The notes beneath the pieces were generated by a model. It saw nothing but the letters and a program-made list of their open reading frames with translations, had not been told where the DNA came from and did no database searches. A program made the translations under genes and the position numbers. Of a DNA stretch of 64,000 nucleotides, positions 56,463-64,000 are shown piece after piece. This DNA is from a bacterium (GTDB lineage: Bacteria; SAR324; XYD2-FULL-50-16): assembly GCA_024275165.1 (NCBI GenBank), contig JAJRZQ010000036.1, positions 16,293 to 80,292 on the forward strand, given 5' to 3'. Positions within the stretch are counted from its first letter, which is position 1; every line of letters starts with the position of its first letter.

Positions 56463-57617
56463 TCATGTAGAGGACTCAGCAATAGAAGATTCATATTGTT
56501 CTCGCATAAAAAGGGTTGCCCCTAAGCTTGCCAGGGCAGCAAGCCAAACCGGGGAGGAGAGGTAATAGGCAAAATGAAGAGGCACTAAAAAGAAAAGGAC
56601 ATACCGAAATCGAACCTCCCTCATTAAGGGTAAAAGAGGAACGAGATACCAGGGGAAGCCGGGAGGGGTGATTAAAAAAAGCAACCCTAAGACCCAAACC
56701 CCCTCTTGCAAAAAAGGCTTGGACCAAAGCCAAAAAAAACCGAGCGGTAGGCCGATTCCGGCTAAAATAATCCTTGCCAAGTCCTGATCCAAGGCAAGGC
56801 GTAAAAGAAGGTAAAAGGGGCTGACCCCATCTAAGGAACGATAAAAAACCAGCAGACCGGCAAAGGGGTGCAGGGGGTAAAAGGGAAGAAAGCCAAGCAA
56901 CAAAACCCCCAAAAAACCTAAACTCGCCTTTAGGCGAGCCGGCGCGTCCAGCCGCATCAACCAGGGCAACAAGACCAAAGCAGGGGTAAACTTAATTAAG
57001 CTCGCCAACCCCAGGCCGACCCCCGCCCCCCAGGCCCGCCCCCGCAACATCAACCCCAGCGCAAGAAACAAAAAGGGGAGAACCCAAGCGTCAATATGAG
57101 CGGAATGAAACAATTCTTGCTGAACCAGCGGGCAAAATAAAGTGAGACCAATAGCTTGTTTTCCCCTTTCCCTTCCCCAGGTGAATAATGCGGCCCCGCA
57201 AAACAACAGCAGCCCAAAGCCATTGAGCAGCCGTAAAGCGGCCAAACCGGAACCGCTCCAGGCAGCAAGGGCAAAAAGGCCCTCTGCCAAGGGGGGGTAA
57301 ATTGTCGGGATTTCCGGCTTGGGCACCCAATGCCGAGCAAAAAGAGGCAGGTCAAGGGGCCGTTTCCCGTAAGGAATAATCCCCTTTAAGAGCAATTTAC
57401 CATCAAAGAGATAGCGCAGGTAGTCATCGGCTAAAATCGCGGGCTCCCCCAAGCGCAGCAATAGGGGAACAAACCCCAAGCCTAAAACCCACCAGGGGAT
57501 GGAAAAACGATCCTTTGCATAAAACAAGCAAAGATAGCCCCCCCAAGCCAAACCCAATTGCCATAAAAAAGGAATGGGCAAAAGCCAAGGTAAGAGGGGG
57601 AGCGCATAGATGAGCAT
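56463..57617 (-). CDS. Polytopic integral membrane protein, GT-C-like (DUF2029/GT87-like) putative glycosyltransferase
   Basis: At least ten predicted TM helices with a Trp/Leu/Gly-rich composition and a short loop containing ADDYLRY. Family assignment by architecture only. Confidence 0.45.
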   Translation of the reverse strand: MLIYALPLLPWLLPIPFLWQLGLAWGGYLCLFYAKDRFSIPWWVLGLGFVPLLLRLGEPAILADDYLRYLFDGKLLLKGIIPYGKRPLDLPLFARHWVPKPEIPTIYPPLAEGLFALAAWSGSGLAALRLLNGFGLLLFCGAALFTWGRERGKQAIGLTLFCPLVQQELFHSAHIDAWVLPFLFLALGLMLRGRAWGAGVGLGLASLIKFTPALVLLPWLMRLDAPARLKASLGFLGVLLLGFLPFYPLHPFAGLLVFYRSLDGVSPFYLLLRLALDQDLARIILAGIGLPLGFFWLWSKPFLQEGVWVLGLLFLITPPGFPWYLVPLLPLMREVRFRYVLFFLVPLHFAYYLSSPVWLAALASLGATLFMREQYESSIAESST

Positions 57618-57626
57618 CCTTCCCGC

Positions 57627-58379
57627 CTAATCTGCAAGAGGAGGATAAAACCGGCGCAGCAACCGAGAGGGCACCCTCAAGCGGTAAGCGATGAGAATGC
57701 TGAGATTCTCAAAAAGAGTGCGCAATACACCTCGCACCCTGTATCGACGAGCGGAAACCTGGATTTTCCCAAAAGCTTGGGGCGGCCCCAGGCTTTTTCT
57801 CGCTTGGGTGGTAAAATGTAAATCCTCCAAAAAATCACCTTGAAAGGGGGCCTCTTTCCAAAAGGACTTTGGAAAAAGCAGCCCATTGCTCCCCACCAGC
57901 AAACCCAAAGACCGAAATACCTTGCTCTGCCCCCAGGCCGAGAGACTCAAGCCCCAATGGAGCAAATCGTAAACCTTGTAAAACCCCCCCCAGGCCAAGG
58001 GGGCGGCCTTCTCCAGCTGGACGAGAAACCCCGCCTGGGGTAGGCAGTCTTCATGCAGCAAGAGAATTTGTTCCCCCTGGCTTTGGAGAATCGCATAATT
58101 AAAGGCGGCGGCACGACTGGGCCGCAGCAAGGGGAGGGGGAAAAGACGCAAAAAAGGGAGCTTTTGTTCCTCCAGCCAAGGCAAAAGCTGGGGTACCGCA
58201 GGGGGAAGGAAACTTTCTACAATGATCCATTCGAGGTCACCTCGATCTTCAAAGAGTTCCAGCCAGCGCAACCAAAAGGCATCGGGCAGATCCGAATTTG
58301 CGGGGTGATAGGCCGCAATCACCACGCTCAGCCTCTTAGGAGAGACCGAACGCGCGAGGCCTTGCCGAGCCCTATCCAT
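57627..58379 (-). CDS. Glycosyltransferase family 2-like protein
   Basis: The N-terminus LSVVIAAYHPANSDL resembles the GT2 opening (ISVVIPAYNE). There is a DxD-like LHEDCL. Length is 250 aa. Confidence 0.55.
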   Translation of the reverse strand: MDRARQGLARSVSPKRLSVVIAAYHPANSDLPDAFWLRWLELFEDRGDLEWIIVESFLPPAVPQLLPWLEEQKLPFLRLFPLPLLRPSRAAAFNYAILQSQGEQILLLHEDCLPQAGFLVQLEKAAPLAWGGFYKVYDLLHWGLSLSAWGQSKVFRSLGLLVGSNGLLFPKSFWKEAPFQGDFLEDLHFTTQARKSLGPPQAFGKIQVSARRYRVRGVLRTLFENLSILIAYRLRVPSRLLRRFYPPLAD

Positions 58380-59547
58380 GTTCTAAAGGGAGCTGAAGAA
58401 AAAAGGTACTCCCCTGACCGCTCCCTTCAGACTCTGCCCAGGTTTCCCCATGATGCAGCAGAACAAGTTCCCGCACTGAATCCAGCCCTAAACCGGTACT
58501 GTTTTTTTTCTCCTTGCCAGGCACCTGGAAAAAGGGCTCAAAAATACGGCTCAAATATTCTTTTTCAATCCCCTCACCGTTGTCTTGAATACTCAAAATG
58601 AGGTCTTGTCCTTGAACTTGGATTTTCCATTGAATATGGTCTTTGGTGTATTTGATCGCGTTGGAGTGGTAATTCTCTAAAACGCGGCTCAACTGAACGG
58701 AGTCGGCCTTGAGGTTCACCGGGTCGCCTAGGATATCGACAGTGATCGCTTTTTCCTCCTGCTGGGGCCTTAAGGCCCCGACCACCTTGTTGAGCATTTC
58801 TTTGATATCGAATTCTTTGATTTTTAAGGCAAGTTGATTGCTTTGCAGCTTGCTTACATCCAACATCATCAACACCAGATTATGTAGAAAATTGGAGCTT
58901 TCCTTGATTTCGCCCAGCATTTCGGAAAATTCCTCTATTTTTTCTGTCAATGCTTCGGGAATCAAATTATTTTCTTTCATTTCTTTAATATCATAAAGCA
59001 TTGCGTCACTATTAGCCCCCCCAACCATAATTCTGTTTTTCATATCGTGGCGGATTTGACTGGCAAGGTTGTCTTGCCGCTTTTTTAATAATACCTGCTG
59101 AGTGATATCAATAAATTGCCCCTGTAGGCCTTTGAGATATTTTAAGTCGTTGTAGTTGGTTAAGGTGGAAAACAAGGAATAATAATGTGTTGAGCCCTCT
59201 ACCAAGACCTCAATCTCCGGTATTTTTGCCCAACCTTGGCGTTCCAATTGGCGTTTAAATTCATCATAATCAGAATCCTTGATCCCAATCTCCGCAAAAA
59301 GCCCCCGGAGAGAACGCCCGAGAATGTTTTTATTGCCGAAAAAACTAGAAAAACGCCGATTCGCGTCCCTTAAAATCAAACCCCGATCCGTAAAAAAACA
59401 ACCGGTGATGGCATTGCTGAAATTAAAGAAACTCAAATCCTGGAGAACTCCGGCAGGGAGAACCGACATCAACAATTTTGGTTCAAGATGAGACAAAAAA
59501 TCCGTAAACAAGTTCCCTAAGGTGTTGTGTGATTGGTCTGGCTTCAT
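58372..59547 (-). CDS. Cytoplasmic sensor histidine kinase (PAS-like N-terminus, HisKA-like H-box, HATPase_c)
   Basis: The H-box is ASQIRHDMKNRIMVG. The ATPase boxes are NAIKYT...SIQDNGEGIEKEYLSRIFEPFFQ...STGLGLDSVRELVLLHHGETWAESEGSGQGSTFFLQLP. Confidence 0.75.
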   Translation of the reverse strand: MKPDQSHNTLGNLFTDFLSHLEPKLLMSVLPAGVLQDLSFFNFSNAITGCFFTDRGLILRDANRRFSSFFGNKNILGRSLRGLFAEIGIKDSDYDEFKRQLERQGWAKIPEIEVLVEGSTHYYSLFSTLTNYNDLKYLKGLQGQFIDITQQVLLKKRQDNLASQIRHDMKNRIMVGGANSDAMLYDIKEMKENNLIPEALTEKIEEFSEMLGEIKESSNFLHNLVLMMLDVSKLQSNQLALKIKEFDIKEMLNKVVGALRPQQEEKAITVDILGDPVNLKADSVQLSRVLENYHSNAIKYTKDHIQWKIQVQGQDLILSIQDNGEGIEKEYLSRIFEPFFQVPGKEKKNSTGLGLDSVRELVLLHHGETWAESEGSGQGSTFFLQLPLEHG

Positions 59548-59582
59548 GGGGCCCCTCTAGCGCAAGGTTGAGTAAAAAATAG

Positions 59583-60455
59583 TTACAATCCTTTTATCGA
59601 ACCGACCTGGTACTTTCTACGGTGATTTTTGACCCAGAGGGAAAGGAAGATTCCCCCCAAGATCAAAAAGGCACTGAGAATCAATTGCAAATCAACAGGC
59701 TCTTGTAAAAACAGTACCCCTCCCAGCACCGCAAGCAAAGGAACCGAGAGCTGCAAAATCGCCGCAGTAGAAAGGGCCAGCCTCCGCAACGCGAGATACC
59801 AGAGCAGATACCCCAGCCCCGAAGTCACCGCCCCCGACAGCATCGCCAAGACGACTCCCGTAAAACTCCATAAAGGGGGCCCCTGCAACAACAAAAGAAT
59901 CAGCAGCCCCAAGGGCGCGGCAAAGAGAAAATTTTTCGCAGTGGCAAAAAAGGGATTGGGGACCGCTTGCCCCCAAACCGAATAGAACCCCCAGGCGGCC
60001 CCTGCAATCGCCATGAACAAAGAAGCGAGCAGAGAAGGGGTTTGCAACCCGGGAGAAAGCATATAGGCAAGCCCCGAAAAGGTCAGCCCCAGCCCCAACC
60101 ATTCCCCTCGACTCATTGGTTTCCCTTGATAAAGGGAAACCCCGATCATGGTCACCTGCACCACCGCAAAGAGAATTAAAGCGCCGCTGCCCGCGTCAAT
60201 CCGCACATAGGCCAAGGAAAAAAAATAGGCGTAGACAAATAGAGCCAGGGCCTCCTTCCAACCGGTCCGCAACCAGGTGTTTTTTTGCGGGGAGTGAAAT
60301 AAAAAAACCGGCAACAATACCACACAACCCGATAGAATACGGATGGAGGTGAATTCAACGGGGCCGATTTCATTCTCCTTTAAAGCCAAACGACAAAGAA
60401 TGGAGTTCGCCGCAAAGGCCGTGAGACTAAAAAGACTAAGAAAAAAAACCCCCAT
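59583..60455 (-). CDS. EamA/DMT-superfamily transporter (10 TM)
   Basis: Two EamA-like repeats of five TM helices each are present. The motif AANSILCRLAL sits near the start. ATG at 60453-60455. Confidence 0.7.
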   Translation of the reverse strand: MGVFFLSLFSLTAFAANSILCRLALKENEIGPVEFTSIRILSGCVVLLPVFLFHSPQKNTWLRTGWKEALALFVYAYFFSLAYVRIDAGSGALILFAVVQVTMIGVSLYQGKPMSRGEWLGLGLTFSGLAYMLSPGLQTPSLLASLFMAIAGAAWGFYSVWGQAVPNPFFATAKNFLFAAPLGLLILLLLQGPPLWSFTGVVLAMLSGAVTSGLGYLLWYLALRRLALSTAAILQLSVPLLAVLGGVLFLQEPVDLQLILSAFLILGGIFLSLWVKNHRRKYQVGSIKGL

Positions 60456-60468
60456 GGGCTGAGGCCGA

Positions 60469-61533
60469 TTAACAGCCACAGTTTTCTGGGCTTGCGCCTG
60501 CCTCGCTAAAGGGGAAATGTCCCCCGCAGCCCGGAAAAATACCGTAATGGGTGGAAAAATCGCCAAAAAACTCAAAATATGGGGCAAAGCGAGTTTCTTT
60601 CAACATTAAATAGCTGTTCCCACAAACCAATTCGATTTTGCCCTTTTCAAAACAATGACCCTGATCCAACTTAAAGAGCCGCTCCATCCCCGGAACCCCG
60701 CCCAAATAGCGGACAGCCTGCCCGTAATCCTCGCAATCCGGCTCCAACTGAGGCAACTTGATCAACCGACAGGTTACGGAAAAAAAGTTAATCCCCTCTA
60801 AAGCCTTTTGCGCCCCTTCATTCTCAATGGTAATGGGGCTATGCTCCACCCAGCGAGGGTCGGTGAAACCGGCCAATTTAGCGTAATGAAGAAAGTCGCC
60901 CCAATATAAGGCCCCTGAAAGACATTCTCCATACAAAACAGGATCGTTTTTTGAGGCAACGGGGACCCGGCGATGGGCATAAACATCGGAAAAATACAAC
61001 TCTCCTCCGGTTTTTAAGATGCGATAGGCCTCTTTCAATACCGCCAACTTATCTTCAACCAAGTTGATCACGCAATTAGAAACAATCAGGTCTTGGCTTT
61101 CTTTTAAAATCCGCAGGGCGGCCAGGTTTTGAATATCCCCTTCTAAAAACTCGATATTGGCCTGGGCATACCCAAACTGCTGGGTATGATAGTCAATATG
61201 CTTTCTTGCCACGGCAAGTTGCTCTGGGGTCATATCCACCCCGATCACATGACCGCTTTCCCCCACGAGCCGACTTAAAATATAAGAATCCCTGCCGGAA
61301 CCGGAACCTAAATCAAGGACCCGCAACCCTGCCAGTTTTTTAGGAATGGTCAAACCGCAGCCATAGAACTTCTCGACCACTTCGGGATGAATTTGCTTGA
61401 TGATTCTTTTAATTTCATCTGGATAGCTCGCTGTTGAGCAGCATGCGTTGGTCAGGAGGTCTTCTGTTTTATGTAGGGTTTTCCCATAATATTCTTGAAC
61501 TTCTTTTTTATGGTCTTTGCCGGACAGATTCAT
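60469..61533 (-). CDS. arsM: Arsenite S-adenosylmethionine methyltransferase (ArsM/AS3MT family)
   Basis: Four conserved ArsM cysteines are placed correctly: LLTNACC, FYGCG, SNCVINL, and LYGECL. The SAM motif is VLDLGSGSGRDSYILSRLVGESGHVIGVDMT. The C-terminus is Cys-rich. Confidence 0.7.
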   Translation of the reverse strand: MNLSGKDHKKEVQEYYGKTLHKTEDLLTNACCSTASYPDEIKRIIKQIHPEVVEKFYGCGLTIPKKLAGLRVLDLGSGSGRDSYILSRLVGESGHVIGVDMTPEQLAVARKHIDYHTQQFGYAQANIEFLEGDIQNLAALRILKESQDLIVSNCVINLVEDKLAVLKEAYRILKTGGELYFSDVYAHRRVPVASKNDPVLYGECLSGALYWGDFLHYAKLAGFTDPRWVEHSPITIENEGAQKALEGINFFSVTCRLIKLPQLEPDCEDYGQAVRYLGGVPGMERLFKLDQGHCFEKGKIELVCGNSYLMLKETRFAPYFEFFGDFSTHYGIFPGCGGHFPFSEAGASPENCGC

Positions 61534-61554
61534 TTTATTTTTTCTTTTTTTAGG

Positions 61555-63312
61555 TTATTTGTTTATTTCGTTAAAAATCAGATTCATGCGGTCTTGGACT
61601 TCTAAAAAGGCAGACCATACCGCTGGGCTAAAGCGGTCTGAGCCCGTAATTCCGGTGCGATCATCTTCGGATAAAATACGGAAGGTTTTCTCATGGGAAA
61701 ATTCCGGTTTGTATTGCCTTGAACTACGCAAAGCATCGTAGCTATCAGCCAATCCAACAATCAAAGCCTCAACGGGAATTTCATCCCCCTTTAAGGGAGA
61801 CAACTCCCGATAGCTTGCCAGATCATTGCTCAACTCAGCTTGCTGGTGATTAGGTTGAAGCAAGTTGGGGTAGCCCGCTCCATTGTAGGATTGATGATGG
61901 TGCAGGGCGATATTAAAGGCCAGCTCTAGTTTTGGGTCTTGCTGCGAGGCAAAGTTCATCATGGTTTGGATAATTTTCGCCCCAAAAATCGTATGCATTT
62001 GCATTTTTTCTCTTTGTTCCAGGTTATATTTCCCCGAAAACTTGATTAAATCGGGCATGGCAACCTTTCCAATATCATGTAAAGCGGCGACTTGAGAAAT
62101 AGACTTAATAAAGCGAGGCGACATCTGCATTTGCTCGGCAAGCAAGGCGGAATACCGGTTGACCCGCAAGATGTGCTTGCCTGTAATCTCGTCGCTAAAT
62201 TCAGCGGCAGCGCAAAGCCCCATGACCTTTTGCAAAAATTGCTCTTCATTTTTAATCGCCAAGTCAACTAAAAAAAAGAGAGAATGGGAGGTATTCATGA
62301 GGGAATGAAGAAATAATTCATCCTCTTGGTTTTCTTGATTTTTAGACTGAATCTTATTGAAGGCAATAATGGAAGTATCCCCCTCATGGTAATTGATAAA
62401 GTGCCGAATGGGCTCACCTACAAAGGTTTTAATCCTAGGGTCAAAGGGATATTTTTGTTCAAAATCCTCTTGTGTCATGTCCTCGGTTTTTTGGGCTTGC
62501 ACCAGCCGTTGCTGCTTGCGCGAAAGAAGGATCGGGGCGGAAGAATCAAACTCTAAGGCAATCGCTTCTGAACGGATCAGTTCTGCTTCTTGATACTTGC
62601 TGGCTTGCCCAATCCAATTGCCGCTCTTGTCTTTCAGGGCAATAAAGGTGGCCTGATAACCCATCCCCAAAATAAAGGGGGCCAAGCGCTGGTAGATATC
62701 TGATTTTTGGGTGAAGTCTTCTAACTGCCGGATAATTTGATCGCTATAATTGGAAATAGCGAAAATACGCTCATGTAGTCTTTTGACCGAGGAGATATTA
62801 TCCATCCATACTAAGATGCTATCCTCCCCCCCCGCATAGAGCAGGCGTTTCACCTTAACCGCATACCACAAATGGCTTTGCTCTGCGTAAAATTCAAAAA
62901 CCTGAATTTGCTTTTTCTTAGAATAAAAATGCTCCACCATTGTTTTTACAGCGGTCTCACTAAGGTATTGGGCTAGGTTAGAAACCCCTAAGCTGGCAAA
63001 ATACTTCTGGGTCTTGCCCATCGCCAAAACAATTTCACCCCTATGATCCATCACAAAGGCGGGGTCTTTTCGCTCTAAGGGAAGCATGGCAAGCAAGGCT
63101 TGAAACCTGTTTTTGTATTTTACGCTGGAACGAGAAAAAACCTGAACCAAAAAGGGAATGACAAAACCCATCGGAGTCGCAAAAATATTCCCCGTGCCAA
63201 ACCAATTGATGCTGCCCCCGATTAAGGCCGCGTTGAACAAGATTTGAGGGTTCGCCATTTCCTGAATGAAAAAACGATAAAACGGTTGTACCGGGTTTTT
63301 TAGCATAAACAA
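61555..63312 (-). CDS. HD-GYP phosphodiesterase domain protein with N-terminal membrane/sensor region
   Basis: The motifs ALHDIGKVAMPDLI and ALHHHQSYNGAGYP (a classic HD plus GYP) are present. The N-terminus has hydrophobic helices. Confidence 0.75.
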   Translation of the reverse strand: MFMLKNPVQPFYRFFIQEMANPQILFNAALIGGSINWFGTGNIFATPMGFVIPFLVQVFSRSSVKYKNRFQALLAMLPLERKDPAFVMDHRGEIVLAMGKTQKYFASLGVSNLAQYLSETAVKTMVEHFYSKKKQIQVFEFYAEQSHLWYAVKVKRLLYAGGEDSILVWMDNISSVKRLHERIFAISNYSDQIIRQLEDFTQKSDIYQRLAPFILGMGYQATFIALKDKSGNWIGQASKYQEAELIRSEAIALEFDSSAPILLSRKQQRLVQAQKTEDMTQEDFEQKYPFDPRIKTFVGEPIRHFINYHEGDTSIIAFNKIQSKNQENQEDELFLHSLMNTSHSLFFLVDLAIKNEEQFLQKVMGLCAAAEFSDEITGKHILRVNRYSALLAEQMQMSPRFIKSISQVAALHDIGKVAMPDLIKFSGKYNLEQREKMQMHTIFGAKIIQTMMNFASQQDPKLELAFNIALHHHQSYNGAGYPNLLQPNHQQAELSNDLASYRELSPLKGDEIPVEALIVGLADSYDALRSSRQYKPEFSHEKTFRILSEDDRTGITGSDRFSPAVWSAFLEVQDRMNLIFNEINK

Positions 63313-63316
63313 GTCC

Positions 63317-64000
63317 CTATTCGATTCGGTTTGGAGTTACTATTTTATTTATGGGCTTAAAACTTAAGGCATCCTTGGGGCAAATGTCGATACAACCACC
63401 GCAACCGATACAAAGGGTTTGGTTTAAGCCAAAACTACCTTGGATCGGAGTTTTATCCTTGTGCGCGTATTGAGCTACATCAATCCCCATCGGGCAGGCC
63501 TGGGAACAGAGGTTTAAGCCTTTGCAATTTTCATTGGCCACCACTTCAAACTTAGACCCGGCGTAGCGACCAAAGAGTTCCATCCCCTTAGCCAAGGGGC
63601 AACCAAAGCGGCACCAAACGCGAGTGCCCAAAAAAGGATAGGCCCCTACCCCCACCAAAGCGCCAAAAATATAATCCACGGCAATATCTTGATAGTACTT
63701 TCCCGCTAAAAGTAAAGATTCGGCGGTAAATAATTTGAGCATATCAAAAAAAAGAACAAATCCATAGGCCAAACCGAGAATCAGCAAGAGGGTTTGCAAA
63801 GGTTCTGTTTTTTTGGCTCTTGGGCTCGTGGGGGTTTTATGTTTGACCCAGTTCTTGCCCCAAGAGGTCACCCCGATGGTTTCGGCCAAGTTGCCGCAGG
63901 CGCAAAACCAGGAACAATATCGCTTGCCAAAAAACCAGACCGAAAGGGGAACCAAACCAAAAACATAAAAAATCCCTCCCCAAGAAGTAAAGGCTTTGGA
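63317..64000 (-). CDS. 4Fe-4S ferredoxin-type membrane protein (NapH/MauN-like), 5' end beyond the window
   Basis: Two cluster motifs are present: CIGCGGCIDICP and CKGLNLCSQACPMG. The frame is open through base 64000 (…SKAFTSWGGIFYVFGLVPLSVWFFG, a hydrophobic TM-like stretch). Confidence 0.65.
   Translation of the reverse strand, partial: SKAFTSWGGIFYVFGLVPLSVWFFGKRYCSWFCACGNLAETIGVTSWGKNWVKHKTPTSPRAKKTEPLQTLLLILGLAYGFVLFFDMLKLFTAESLLLAGKYYQDIAVDYIFGALVGVGAYPFLGTRVWCRFGCPLAKGMELFGRYAGSKFEVVANENCKGLNLCSQACPMGIDVAQYAHKDKTPIQGSFGLNQTLCIGCGGCIDICPKDALSFKPINKIVTPNRIE

Noticed and set aside
1-64000. Stop-codon reassignment (TGA or TAA as sense) to explain the in-frame stops in the kinase, PBP4 and NYN genes
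   Set aside because: TAA (rpsA, PBP4-like context), TAG (lipB-like, cytochrome) and TGA (porin-like gene, Sel1 protein) all terminate well-supported genes at the expected protein ends. Reassignment therefore cannot be genome-wide.
1-64000. CRISPR arrays, rRNA and tRNA genes
   Set aside because: No regularly spaced short direct repeats with unique spacers were seen; the only tandem array is the 3 x 57-bp coding repeat. No T-loop-like GGTTCGAATCC-type motifs or cloverleaf candidates were spotted in the intergenic regions, including next to the IS relics.

Overview
This is a bacterial chromosomal window of about 52% GC. The six-frame track covers it with coherent genes on both strands, and I found no CRISPR array, rRNA or tRNA. 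Only the 3' end of rpsA lies inside the window, at its left edge.

Roughly 10 kb of housekeeping genes sit in two blocks at about 38.7-44.7 kb and 46.9-54.1 kb: class II DAHP synthase, panB, dcd, tgt, RNase R, a standalone EF-G, an MqnA-like futalosine-pathway gene, cinA, rpsU, a lipB/lplA-like ligase divergent from lipA, and comF.

The rest reads as accessory and sensory content. Signal transduction dominates: three sensor histidine kinases (two hybrid), an MCP, a CheY, a CheA-like Hpt kinase lacking a CheW domain, and two HD-GYP phosphodiesterases. Around these sit a pentapeptide-repeat protein of about 600 aa, a Sel1+pentapeptide lipoprotein, an ArsM-type arsenite methyltransferase and several outer-membrane barrels and lipoproteins.

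The most distinctive observations:
- An unannotated family of about 210-bp MITE-like elements with GGAAACTCTGAAAA terminal inverted repeats: three full copies plus one solo hairpin.
- A five-gene minus-strand envelope locus made of thioredoxin-fold CxxC lipoproteins, an outer-membrane barrel, a large lipoprotein and a His-rich CxxCH protein.
- A pentaheme cytochrome c followed by a mono-haem cytochrome lipoprotein whose C-terminus is three exact 57-bp Cys/Met/His-rich repeats.
- An IS5/IS3 remnant island between rnr and fusA.
- Four genes broken by a single in-frame stop, a stop-start junction, or a homopolymer frameshift: a HAMP-PAS hybrid kinase, a PBP4-family carboxypeptidase fused to Ig-like repeats, a NYN-domain gene and a sterol-desaturase-family gene.

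All functional calls come from motifs I recognised by eye, with no database searches. Coordinates follow the ORF track (stop codon included), with start refinements where I checked the codon.
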